Positions 28,470 to 36,466 of a stretch of DNA of 64,000 nt are shown in pieces. The notes beneath the pieces were generated by a model that was not told the DNA's origin, made no database searches, and saw only the letters and a list, made by a program, of their open reading frames with translations. The DNA comes from an uncultured virus (IMG/VR IMGVR_UViG_3300050821_006652) (Duplodnaviria; Heunggongvirae; Uroviricota; Caudoviricetes): the IMG/VR virus record IMGVR_UViG_3300050821_006652; one strand, written 5' to 3'. Position numbers and translations under genes: made by a program. Numbering within the stretch: position 1 is the first letter of the stretch; every line of letters starts with the position of its first letter.

Positions 28470-28518
28470 AAGAAACACCAGCGGACCGCTCTCCCATCAG
28501 ACAAGCGGCCCGCTGGTA
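28470..28518 (-). terminator. terminator-like hairpin
   Basis: ACCAGCGGGCCGCT/AGCGGTCCGCTGGT followed by GTTTCTT. Confidence 0.6.
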
Positions 28519-28560
28519 CGTGGCTCCGCCTTACGAAGCGGAACTTCCCCCATCAGTGAA

Positions 28561-28688
28561 CGCCTTGGCTGGCCAGCATGGTAGTTGCGGCGGCGAATCG
28601 AACGCCACGACCTTCGCAACCTTCAAGGCACCCGTCTAGCCGAGTGCCGAGACGCTGGCCAGCGAAACCATGCCAGCCAGCCAAGGCG
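28561..28688 (-). ncRNA. tRNA-like element enclosed by a 22-bp inverted repeat
   Basis: IR 28561-28582/28667-28688; inner GTGGCG-TTCGATT-CGCCGC T-arm then CGCAACT-A-CCA. Confidence 0.55.
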
Positions 28689-28694
28689 AATCCA

Positions 28695-29093
28695 TCAATC
28701 TTTCGCCGGTACATCCAACTCCACTCGCGGAGCGGGCGGCACTTCCACTTGCGGGATCGCCAGCGACTTGACGTAATCCATGAAGCGGATTTGTTCCGGT
28801 GTGTACGGGACATGATCGCCGGTTGTCCGATTGACTTCTTGCGCGAAAATGATCTTCGTGGTGCCGTCACTTCGTCGGATGGTCAGCCACATTAACCCAT
28901 CAGGCTTATTCGATTTGTCGATAGCCACGCCGGGCGGCAAGATCACTTCGACAGCCACTTTCTTCGTGGCCGGGGCCACAGGCGCGGGAGCCACGGTCTG
29001 CGTGGCGCCACCACACTTGCGCTTGCCGCGTCTGCCGCCACGGGCGTCAGTGTCGGCCACCAGCAAGAGAGCCAGGAACAGTGTGAACTTCAT
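28695..29093 (-). CDS. secreted hypothetical protein
   Basis: signal peptide, AAGGAGG RBS. Confidence 0.65.
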   Translation of the reverse strand: MKFTLFLALLLVADTDARGGRRGKRKCGGATQTVAPAPVAPATKKVAVEVILPPGVAIDKSNKPDGLMWLTIRRSDGTTKIIFAQEVNRTTGDHVPYTPEQIRFMDYVKSLAIPQVEVPPAPRVELDVPAKD

Positions 29094-29509
29094 CGGAAAC
29101 CTCCTTGAGAAAAAAGGGCGAAACTATTGATTCATCATCATCGGCGACTACCGCCTGCATCGCGTCCGCATCGGCCAGACGCTCGGCATGAATGGATTCC
29201 AGCATGGTGAGTAATGCGGTTGATTTGTCGTCATCAACAACAAGTTCGTTATCCCACCATTCGACAAACTTGCTGGCCAGCGATGGTTTGCAACCGATAC
29301 TGGACTTGGCGATGATCTTGGCGGCGTTGGCGCAAGAGGACCGCATGCACCGTATCAGTGTCCCGCCGTAATTGGCTCCGTGGGCAAGCGGGCACAACGA
29401 ATCGTCGCCTACCCACTCGCCGTGCATGGTTGCGCAGGTCCGCGATAAGGAATAGCAGATTCAGGTTTTGGAACCGGGAGAAAATATCCCGGAACTTTTC
29501 AGCATTCAT
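29047..29509 (-). pseudogene. hypothetical gene apparently split by a frameshift near 29430
   Basis: coupled start at 29509 (MNAEKF...DLRN) drifts into Arg-rich junk, while another frame gives HGEWVGDDSLCPLAHG...FVEWWD. Confidence 0.4.
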
Positions 29510-29733
29510 CGGCCTACCTCCATCACCTTCGCAACCACTTGTTCCAGCGACACCAGCCCGCGCAGTTCGTCATGCGGCAGCCGCACCCCCAGCAGCTTTT
29601 CCAGTCGGAAGGCCAGGTCTTGCAGGTCCAGCGAATCGCGGCCCAGCAGCATCGTGTCGGGATCGTCCACGGCTGCCCCGTCCATCAGGGCCACGGATTC
29701 GAGGATCGTGCTGCGGAGAACGGCGGCGGTCAT
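29506..29733 (-). CDS. acyl carrier protein-like (phosphopantetheine-binding)
   Basis: 75 aa; LGRDSLD then DLAFRLEKLLGVRLPHDEL...SLEQVV; GGAGG RBS. Confidence 0.75.
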   Translation of the reverse strand: MTAAVLRSTILESVALMDGAAVDDPDTMLLGRDSLDLQDLAFRLEKLLGVRLPHDELRGLVSLEQVVAKVMEVGR

Positions 29734-30365
29734 TTCACCCTCCTCAAATCGACCGCGACAGCCTTCCCCTTCCCCAGCCACGATTCCGGGTAGTCCGGCG
29801 ACTCCACCACGCGCCACTTACCATCGGCCCGCTCCACCGCGAACACCGAGTAGAGCATCCCCTTCCCAGGCGCAACCGAGGCCCCCAAGTCGTGCAGCAC
29901 CAGCAGCCCATCCTTGGGTATCGCCGCCACCTTGACCCACCGCTCGCCGCGTGGGAGGCCCTGCGTGTTCTTCTCTTCCGCTGCCGCCCATTTGGTGCAA
30001 GCCTGCCACACCGTATCCCCAGGCTCACCGCGAAGGTGGAACTCGATAACCGTCTTTGCCCCATCGGGCACCAGCGAGGCCGGGCAGTACAGGTACGGGC
30101 GATCCCAAGCCTTCACCACGGCCTCTGGCTTGGCCGCTACGGGCTTCGGAGCCTCTATCCGGGGGCCTGGCTTGGCCGCGCCGGTGGGCTTTACCTTGGA
30201 CGGCTTGAGGGCGGCTACCGGGCCTTTGGCGCGGGCGAACGGGTCCAGCGGGTCCGGTTGCCCGCAGGCCAGCGCCACAAGGACAGTGAACACGGCGGCT
30301 ATCAGGGCGGCTTCGAGAATCGTAACCTTGCCGCCCCGCGTGAGTTGCTTGTACCACCAGATCAT
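29730..30365 (-). CDS. membrane-anchored or lipoprotein hypothetical protein
   Basis: TM segment ending ALAC. Confidence 0.6.
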   Translation of the reverse strand: MIWWYKQLTRGGKVTILEAALIAAVFTVLVALACGQPDPLDPFARAKGPVAALKPSKVKPTGAAKPGPRIEAPKPVAAKPEAVVKAWDRPYLYCPASLVPDGAKTVIEFHLRGEPGDTVWQACTKWAAAEEKNTQGLPRGERWVKVAAIPKDGLLVLHDLGASVAPGKGMLYSVFAVERADGKWRVVESPDYPESWLGKGKAVAVDLRRVK

Positions 30366-31138
30366 GGCTGGCCTCCCTTCACGAATGGTTTGCAGATTTC
30401 CAAGCAGCGGCGAACCTTGGCAAGATCGAATTGCCGGTCGTTGTCAGAGCGGACCTTGGTTTCCATATCAACCCAGATTCGCGTTTCGCCAGCGGCCTCA
30501 CCGATCAAAGGCAGTTGCTCCGCGAGGTTGTCTGGCCCCAATCCCCCGGCGTAGCCGTGGTAATCAAAAACGCCTTCATTGTGGTACATAGGCGCGGGCC
30601 ATTTGCCAGGCAACCGCCCGGCACCGCCTGACATATCAAACAGGCCGACCATGTTGCACGGCTCGCCATAGGCATTGACATAATCGACGGCGATGTCCTC
30701 TAGGCGGTCATTGCCGTGGACGCCTTCAAGCTGAAAAATAAATTCCAGGTCACGTCCAAAAACAGAGCAACGGCGCACGCGGTCAAGCGCCTTCATCGCC
30801 TTCGATGGTTCGCAAGGCGTCTTGTCGGGCCTGAAATTAAGTTGGATTCTTCCGAAGCCGTTGGCGAGTTGCAAAACGATGGGCTCAATTTCACCGATCA
30901 TCAGCAACCGCGTCCACCGACCGCACAGGTGAAGGGACGCGCGAAGACGTTTAGACATTGCCAATTCTCGGAAGGTGTCCATCCAGGCCAGCGTTGGGTA
31001 TCGCGGTTCTCCGACGCTTTTGGTTGCCGATGCCAGGATGCCGAATTCAACGAACGGGAAATCTGCCGCCAACCCCGCCAAGGCGTGCGGGCTCACGCTG
31101 TCATCAGCCCCGGTAATCGTCACTCGGTCAAGGTTCAT
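30362..31138 (-). CDS. phage TrpF (phosphoribosylanthranilate isomerase)-like TIM barrel
   Basis: VTITGADD, HLCG, RIQLN, LFDMSGGAG, GYAGGLGPDN, WVDMET. Confidence 0.75.
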   Translation of the reverse strand: MNLDRVTITGADDSVSPHALAGLAADFPFVEFGILASATKSVGEPRYPTLAWMDTFRELAMSKRLRASLHLCGRWTRLLMIGEIEPIVLQLANGFGRIQLNFRPDKTPCEPSKAMKALDRVRRCSVFGRDLEFIFQLEGVHGNDRLEDIAVDYVNAYGEPCNMVGLFDMSGGAGRLPGKWPAPMYHNEGVFDYHGYAGGLGPDNLAEQLPLIGEAAGETRIWVDMETKVRSDNDRQFDLAKVRRCLEICKPFVKGGQP

Positions 31139-31551
31139 TTTATCTCCTGAAATCTCAGGTACACCCCTTTGACCTCCACCGCATCGGTTGGGACCGCATC
31201 GACCGGCTCCCAGGTCATGAACGACCACAGGTGCATCGACCACTCCCCATTCGCCCCGCACGCCACAAAAACGTGCTGGTCCGGCGTCTGAAACAGCGAC
31301 ATCGTTACCGGCTTACCCGCCGCCGACTTCAAGAGGTAGATGGTGCCGTCATCGGTGCAGACGATTTCCGACTTGCGAACCCACCCCTTATGGCCCTCTT
31401 TGGCTTTGGCCACGGTGCGGACCATCATCACGGCGGGCAGCTTGGCGTAAGGCAGTATCTTGGGCGGGGTTTCTTTCGGCTGGAATAGCTGCGTCGGCGC
31501 GGGCTTTTCCAGGTCGGGTTGCAGGAAGGCGGTCAGGATCATTGCGAGCAT
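31135..31551 (-). CDS. hypothetical protein
   Basis: AAGGAG RBS. Confidence 0.55.
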   Translation of the reverse strand: MLAMILTAFLQPDLEKPAPTQLFQPKETPPKILPYAKLPAVMMVRTVAKAKEGHKGWVRKSEIVCTDDGTIYLLKSAAGKPVTMSLFQTPDQHVFVACGANGEWSMHLWSFMTWEPVDAVPTDAVEVKGVYLRFQEIK

Positions 31552-31684
31552 GGGTTCTCCTTGGTTGGTGGTTGAAAGAATTGGCCGGGTTGAGAGGCTC
31601 GCCATGATGGCGTCCTCCACCTTCCGCGTGGAAAGTGTTGTGAGGCAACCCGGCCAAGGCCGCGAAAGAGGTTGCCGCCGCGCC

Positions 31685-32659
31685 TCACTTGGCCGAGAAC
31701 ACGGCGAAAGTTGCGTAACGATCTTTGGCGCGGCTTATGACAATCGACCCAATGCCGTAGACCAGCAGAAGAATCGGAGAGCCAAGCCAATAGCCGAACA
31801 TTGTCCAGCAAAACGAGTCGCGTTTCTCAGGATCGGCTTTATCGAATTGAACATCGACCTTGTTTCTCACTGCCCACGGCAACACGGTGAACGGCGTCAC
31901 GGCATAGCATACCGCCAAAAGAAAGGCAATCGTCCAGCCGATGCTCAGACGCTCCAAGAAAACCTCTGGCGTCCCGAGCAACGGGATTTCGTCCAGTTCA
32001 GCATCGAAGGACGGTAGAGAAAGGTCGGTCCACCACAGAGCGGACGCCAGCACCGCCCCGGCCCGGTCGCTGAAGCGCGGCTCCGCGCCGCCAATGCGGG
32101 CAAGGTTGTCGTCGTAGGACTTGTACCCGCCGAAGCAGACGGTCAGGAACAGCGCCCAGAACGGATGGGCCAGCACACACCGGCCAGCGGTTTTCATGGT
32201 TTCGTTGATTGCCGTGAACATGGGAACCTCCTTGGGTTGTGGCGGAATCACCGCCGGTTGTGGGGGCGAATCATCGTGAACGCAGTGAATCGGTTCGGGC
32301 AAAGCGGTTGGCTTGGGCATCGAGGCCTTTCGCTCTTTCAGCGTCTTGGTGATGTCCTCGACGCCGACATACGCAATGCCAAAGAATAATGCCCCGCAAA
32401 CGGCGGTCATTATCGACCCAAACAGAAAGAGCATGGAATTAAGGAATGAACTTCCTTCCTCAACAGACGCCAGGAAATTCAAGACGGTTATATAACCAAA
32501 GAATATCCCAACACCGATAAGGAATGCCACGGCCAGATACTTCGCTGGTAAGGAAGCATCTTCCTTGGGTTTGGGAGCGGCGACGGCCAGCCACTTCCGC
32601 TTGAACGAGCCGATTACCACCCACTCGGAATCGCGGTACTCAACGACGATCCACCCCAT
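31685..32659 (-). CDS. multi-pass membrane protein
   Basis: about five hydrophobic segments. Confidence 0.65.
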   Translation of the reverse strand: MGWIVVEYRDSEWVVIGSFKRKWLAVAAPKPKEDASLPAKYLAVAFLIGVGIFFGYITVLNFLASVEEGSSFLNSMLFLFGSIMTAVCGALFFGIAYVGVEDITKTLKERKASMPKPTALPEPIHCVHDDSPPQPAVIPPQPKEVPMFTAINETMKTAGRCVLAHPFWALFLTVCFGGYKSYDDNLARIGGAEPRFSDRAGAVLASALWWTDLSLPSFDAELDEIPLLGTPEVFLERLSIGWTIAFLLAVCYAVTPFTVLPWAVRNKVDVQFDKADPEKRDSFCWTMFGYWLGSPILLLVYGIGSIVISRAKDRYATFAVFSAK

Positions 32660-32894
32660 GCTCGCCCTCCTTGACCTTTGCAGACTTTCCTTGGCACAAC
32701 AGCCTAATCATGTAATTTGCCGTCTCTATAAAATAATTCGCAAGTTGAGCATCTGTCCAACAACTCCCGTCTGTTCCAAGAGCATCATCCGGGTAGGCGG
32801 GGAAACCGTTTTGTTCCGGCTCAAAAATGTCCGAAACGACTTCCTTTAAGTTCTCTAGGCCAGATTTCAGATTCCACTTCTCTTGTGTGGTCAC
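32640..32894 (-). CDS. hypothetical protein
   Basis: operon packing. Confidence 0.45.
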   Translation of the reverse strand: MTTQEKWNLKSGLENLKEVVSDIFEPEQNGFPAYPDDALGTDGSCWTDAQLANYFIETANYMIRLLCQGKSAKVKEGEHGVDRR

Positions 32895-32927
32895 GGCTTG
32901 GCCTTCCCTTGCTCAATGTAGACCTTG

Positions 32928-33323
32928 CTATCGGTGAGCAAGCACGCCTCTTCGTTTGCTGTATCTTGCGATGGCTGATCCAATGCCGCTTTTCGGCAAC
33001 GAAAGAAAACTCTCCAGCATTACGCGAACCATTCCAGATTGGCCAAAACCAAGCCTTTTGCATAACACCGTGAATTCGCGTTTCGTGTCGTTGAGAACAA
33101 GCCCGCTGATAGTAGAACTTTCTCCCCCAATGCCGTGAATTCTCAGTTGATGGCATGGACGGCAAAATAATTTGCACCCCTCAAGAGAATATCTGGACTT
33201 GGCAACCAATCTGTGATTCCTCCCAAATCTCCTAATATGCTCCCGTTTCGTCATGCCGCAATAAAAACAGCGGTTTTTGCAGGCTTTTCTTATTTCCTGC
33301 TTAACGGTTGGCTCTTTTCTCAT
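32928..33323 (-). CDS. HNH-like Zn-binding protein with possible RHH-like C-terminus
   Basis: RCFYCG...HR...Y...C..FCRPCH..IH. Confidence 0.6.
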   Translation of the reverse strand: MRKEPTVKQEIRKACKNRCFYCGMTKREHIRRFGRNHRLVAKSRYSLEGCKLFCRPCHQLRIHGIGGESSTISGLVLNDTKREFTVLCKRLGFGQSGMVRVMLESFLSLPKSGIGSAIARYSKRRGVLAHR

Positions 33324-33475
33324 TTCTTTTTCTTTGAGTAATTCGTCCACCGTTTCTTGGCGGCACTCCTAGCAATCTCTTTCCTGCGCTTAGCCGTGAG
33401 TTTGCAAGCGCGAGCATTGCCGCCCTTGCGACCCATTGCTCTCGCCGCCGACTTCGCTAAATCGGTTTCGTTCAT
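33320..33475 (-). CDS. 51-aa basic protein (MGRKGGNARACKLTAKRRKEIARSAAKKRW), absent from the ORF track
   Basis: translated by hand; ATGA coupling to the next gene; promoter directly upstream. Confidence 0.75.
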   Translation of the reverse strand: MNETDLAKSAARAMGRKGGNARACKLTAKRRKEIARSAAKKRWTNYSKKKK

Positions 33476-33481
33476 AAAGGA

Positions 33482-33509
33482 AGTATAACAAGAAACTGCT
33501 TACCGTCAA
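33482..33509 (-). promoter_or_regulatory. strong sigma70-like promoter, leaderless
   Basis: TTGACG-16 nt-(TGn)TATACT, ATG 6 nt downstream. Confidence 0.75.
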
Positions 33510-33557
33510 GCATGAAATGAAAATTATTTGCCGTATCCAAACTTGGAAAAAATCGAG

Positions 33558-34028
33558 CTACTTCGACATGCTTTTCACGGAATCCTCAACCTTGTCGATT
33601 GCCGGTTTGTTGCCGCTCCACTCTTCCAGCTTGCGGTAGTAGGTGACGCACTGCTCCATCTTTTTGGCGAAGCACTCCACGCGGAAGTCTTTCTTGGTGA
33701 TGTAAGCCTGAGCCCCCGCGTCCAGCGCCGCGGTGATGATGTCGGTTTCCTCCACCACGCTCACCACCAGCGCCGCGGTCGAATGGCTGTGCTCGTTGAT
33801 CCACCGCACCACGTCGAGCCCGGCGTCAATCGTGCCGCCGTTGTGCCCGTTGGGAATCTTCAGGTCCACGATAGCCACGGCAAACTTGCGCTTGGCCAGT
33901 TCCGCCAAGGCATCGTGCTTGGTTGCCACTTTGACGAACGTGAACTCAAGCGAGGTCAGGCAATGGCCCAAGAGGTTCGCCCATTCGTGGTTGTCCTCGA
34001 CCACCAGCACGTCATGGTTGCTGTTCAT
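33558..34028 (-). CDS. stand-alone response regulator receiver (CheY-like) protein
   Basis: VLVVEDN, AIVDLKIP (phospho-Asp), GLDVV, LVVS, GAQAYITK. Confidence 0.88.
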   Translation of the reverse strand: MNSNHDVLVVEDNHEWANLLGHCLTSLEFTFVKVATKHDALAELAKRKFAVAIVDLKIPNGHNGGTIDAGLDVVRWINEHSHSTAALVVSVVEETDIITAALDAGAQAYITKKDFRVECFAKKMEQCVTYYRKLEEWSGNKPAIDKVEDSVKSMSK

Positions 34029-34401
34029 CGTCAACCTTTCCCCCACCGTGGGATAGGCGGCGCAGCTCTCTGGTGAGCTTGGCGATCTGCGCGTTTTTAG
34101 CGACGATGATCTCATCGGACCTGGCGAGGTTGCCCTGAAGCAACTGGTTCTCAGCCCGCGAACGATAGAGCGCATCCCATGTTTCCCGTAGGTCTTTATC
34201 GCTTCTGTCCTGCCGGGCGTGCAAGTCCGCCAAGGATGCAGTCAGCTGCGCGTAGAGGTCTTGCTTGTCCTGCCGAGCGCTGGCGGCCCGATCCTTGAAG
34301 CCGTTGGATATGGCAGAGGCCAGCTTGGAGAGGCCCACTCCGCCGCCGAAGGCCACGACCACCGCCACGACCGTCGTGTTAATCTCCGCCAACCAGTCCA
34401 T
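34012..34401 (-). CDS. N-terminal TM plus coiled-coil protein (holin/spanin-like slot)
   Basis: TM VVAVVVAFGGGVGL followed by heptads. Confidence 0.65.
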   Translation of the reverse strand: MDWLAEINTTVVAVVVAFGGGVGLSKLASAISNGFKDRAASARQDKQDLYAQLTASLADLHARQDRSDKDLRETWDALYRSRAENQLLQGNLARSDEIIVAKNAQIAKLTRELRRLSHGGGKVDDEQQP

Positions 34402-34425
34402 GAGGCTCCCCTGGGCTTCCGTGTT

Positions 34426-34800
34426 TTACTTTGGCGGCAGGAAGTTGATTTGCACTTGCCGCCCTTCGAGCAATTCCTCCATGTCCTGACCGGGGGCCGG
34501 GGCAAACACGAAGTAGTCCACCGTCCAGCCGATGATGCGAGTGAGAACGCCACTGATGGAGGGCACAGGCTTTGACAGCGGCGGCGGGGGGACGGCGAGC
34601 ACCACGATCTTTGCTTCGACAACAGGGGGCGGGAGCGGCGGCGGAGCTTCGGCAACATGCTCTTCCGGCACCGGGGGCAGGAAGATCGTCATTTGCGTCA
34701 GCGGCGTGTGCATCGGCTTCTCGCCGCCAGCGTGATGCGAACGCGCTTTCGGCACAGGCTTACGCCGCTTCTTGCGCACGGGCTTTTTCTTGGGAGGCAT
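34426..34800 (-). CDS. Pro-rich hypothetical protein
   Basis: AAGGAG RBS. Confidence 0.5.
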   Translation of the reverse strand: MPPKKKPVRKKRRKPVPKARSHHAGGEKPMHTPLTQMTIFLPPVPEEHVAEAPPPLPPPVVEAKIVVLAVPPPPLSKPVPSISGVLTRIIGWTVDYFVFAPAPGQDMEELLEGRQVQINFLPPK

Positions 34801-34812
34801 GGGAAACGCTCC

Positions 34813-35001
34813 TTATCGGCCCAGGTTAGGTGGAGGTACGCCAGCAAACACCATGTACCCCAGAATGGCCACGCACGCCCACGGGATGAACGAATTGGCT
34901 GCCAGCGCCCAGCCGGGAGGATTCGGCTGCGTGCCGGTATAGCCGGAAAACAGCCAGAACATTAAAAGCACGACAAACACGATGCAGAGCAGAAGGCTCA
35001 T
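34813..35001 (-). CDS. small two-TM membrane protein (holin candidate)
   Basis: two hydrophobic helices. Confidence 0.65.
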   Translation of the reverse strand: MSLLLCIVFVVLLMFWLFSGYTGTQPNPPGWALAANSFIPWACVAILGYMVFAGVPPPNLGR

Positions 35002-35014
35002 AAACCACCGCCTT

Positions 35015-35170
35015 TCACAAGTGACCGAGCAAGAACAGAATAAGGGCGATGAGGAGAATTAAGCCAAGGATGCCGCCGAAACCTGGGCCACCGATGTAAC
35101 CGCCGCGATACGCACCGCCTCCACCGCCAAGGAGAACGACGATCACGATTATCAAGAGTATCAGGCCCAT
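35015..35170 (-). CDS. DUF3309-like small membrane protein, absent from the ORF track
   Basis: MGLILLIIVIVLLGGGGGAYRGGYIGGPGFGGILGLILLIALILFLLGHL. Confidence 0.75.
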   Translation of the reverse strand: MGLILLIIVIVVLLGGGGGAYRGGYIGGPGFGGILGLILLIALILFLLGHL

Positions 35171-35172
35171 CG

Positions 35173-35883
35173 TCATTCCTCCGCTTCAGCCGATGCCTCT
35201 CTCGGAGGCAGGCCAAGATGCAAAGTCGCCGCAACCAATCGCGCCCGCATCGTCTGTAGCTCCGCCGTGTCGCGCTGCCGCTGGCTCGAAGGGCTACTGT
35301 GTTCCGGGATCACCGGGGCGACAGGTGCCGGAAGCGGACTGCCGCTCGCCGCTGCCGCAAGCTCCAGGTTTTTCGTCGCTTCGTGGGCCAGTTCCTTGTA
35401 GCTGTTCCGCTCATCCGTCATGTTCTTCAGGGTCTGGTCCACCACGATGTTAGCCGCGACGTTCTTCACTTCTTCGACCTTGCTGGCCACGGTCGCCGCC
35501 GCTTGCTCCGTGGCCCGCTGAACCTTGATGGCAGCGTCTTCGGTCGTCTTCTTGAGGTCGGCGGCGGCTTGGACGGTTGCATCCTGAAGTTTTTTGGCCG
35601 CGTCTCGTTGGGCAATGTCGGCCTGTTTTTGCCTCTCGGCGGCTTCCTCTTTTTCCTTCTTGGCCGCCGCTTCATTGTCCAGACGAATCTTTTCCGCCGC
35701 CGCAAGGTTATCCAGCCGCATCCTCTCGGCCGCTTCCAGCAGTTCCGTCTTGTTGTTGGCGAGTTCTTTCGTCCGCCTGCCTTCGCGGAGCCACCGAACC
35801 CCTTCTTGGAGGAAGAGCGCAATCGCCACAATCACGAAGCCCCAATTTGCGTCGATTGTCGGTCCCACGGCACAGCCCACCAC
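35173..35883 (-). CDS. TM-anchored coiled-coil protein
   Basis: WGFVIVAIALFL then a long Ala/Lys/Glu helix; start uncertain. Confidence 0.65.
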   Translation of the reverse strand: MVGCAVGPTIDANWGFVIVAIALFLQEGVRWLREGRRTKELANNKTELLEAAERMRLDNLAAAEKIRLDNEAAAKKEKEEAAERQKQADIAQRDAAKKLQDATVQAAADLKKTTEDAAIKVQRATEQAAATVASKVEEVKNVAANIVVDQTLKNMTDERNSYKELAHEATKNLELAAAASGSPLPAPVAPVIPEHSSPSSQRQRDTAELQTMRARLVAATLHLGLPPREASAEAEE

Positions 35884-35913
35884 CCTTACTAGAAATCTCT
35901 ATTCCACGGCCTC

Positions 35914-35943
35914 AGTATACACCATACCAGCGGTGATAATCAA
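35914..35943 (-). promoter_or_regulatory. TTGATT-N18-TATACT promoter
   Basis: same architecture as 59659-59688 and 63554-63583. Confidence 0.55.
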
Positions 35944-36452
35944 TCAACCACCCCGGTATCCAGCTTGGCACCGAGCGCCGTCTTGGCCTGCGCCAGCGTC
36001 CTGTCAGGCAGCGCCGTCAGCGCGGCCACGCTGGTCTTCAGCGCCGCAAGAGTCGCCGCCGCAGCCACGGCAGCCTGGAAACTCGTCAGCCACTCGCGCA
36101 GGACGTTGATCTCGTCCACCATGATCCCGACCGTGGCCCGCAGCAGCTTCATCTCCGCCGATGGGTTCAGCGTCAGGTGGTCCTTGGCCTGCGCCCGCAA
36201 CTCCTCAACTTCCGTGGGGACAACGTAGGCCGTCACCGCCGCCGATACTTGGGCGATCTGCGCCGGGGTGGGCACTTGCGTCCACGCCACGAACACCTTC
36301 TCCCCCGATGGATGCGGGTGCAATGTCCGCGTGGGTGACGCGGCGCTCGGTGGGCCATTGACCATCCAACCGCCAGCCGCCAGAGGCAAGCCCGGCAGCG
36401 CCGCCTTCAAAGCGTCGATGATTCGCTGTGGATTTGGGTAAGAAATAGACAT
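35940..36452 (-). CDS. hypothetical protein (tail fiber assembly slot)
   Basis: follows the fiber gene; GAGGA RBS. Confidence 0.6.
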   Translation of the reverse strand: MSISYPNPQRIIDALKAALPGLPLAAGGWMVNGPPSAASPTRTLHPHPSGEKVFVAWTQVPTPAQIAQVSAAVTAYVVPTEVEELRAQAKDHLTLNPSAEMKLLRATVGIMVDEINVLREWLTSFQAAVAAAATLAALKTSVAALTALPDRTLAQAKTALGAKLDTGVVD

Positions 36453-36466
36453 TTGTGTCCTCAACC

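Noticed and set aside
28561..28688. Retron msr-msd (a1/a2 inverted repeats)
   Set aside because: No reverse transcriptase in the window
30362..31138. Bona fide trpF / tryptophan biosynthesis gene
   Set aside because: Matches the divergent phage TrpF-like family pattern; no other trp genes, so no symbol assigned
35921..35938. Lambda operator-like TATCACCGC half-site
   Set aside because: Single half-site with no symmetric partner or repeats; likely chance
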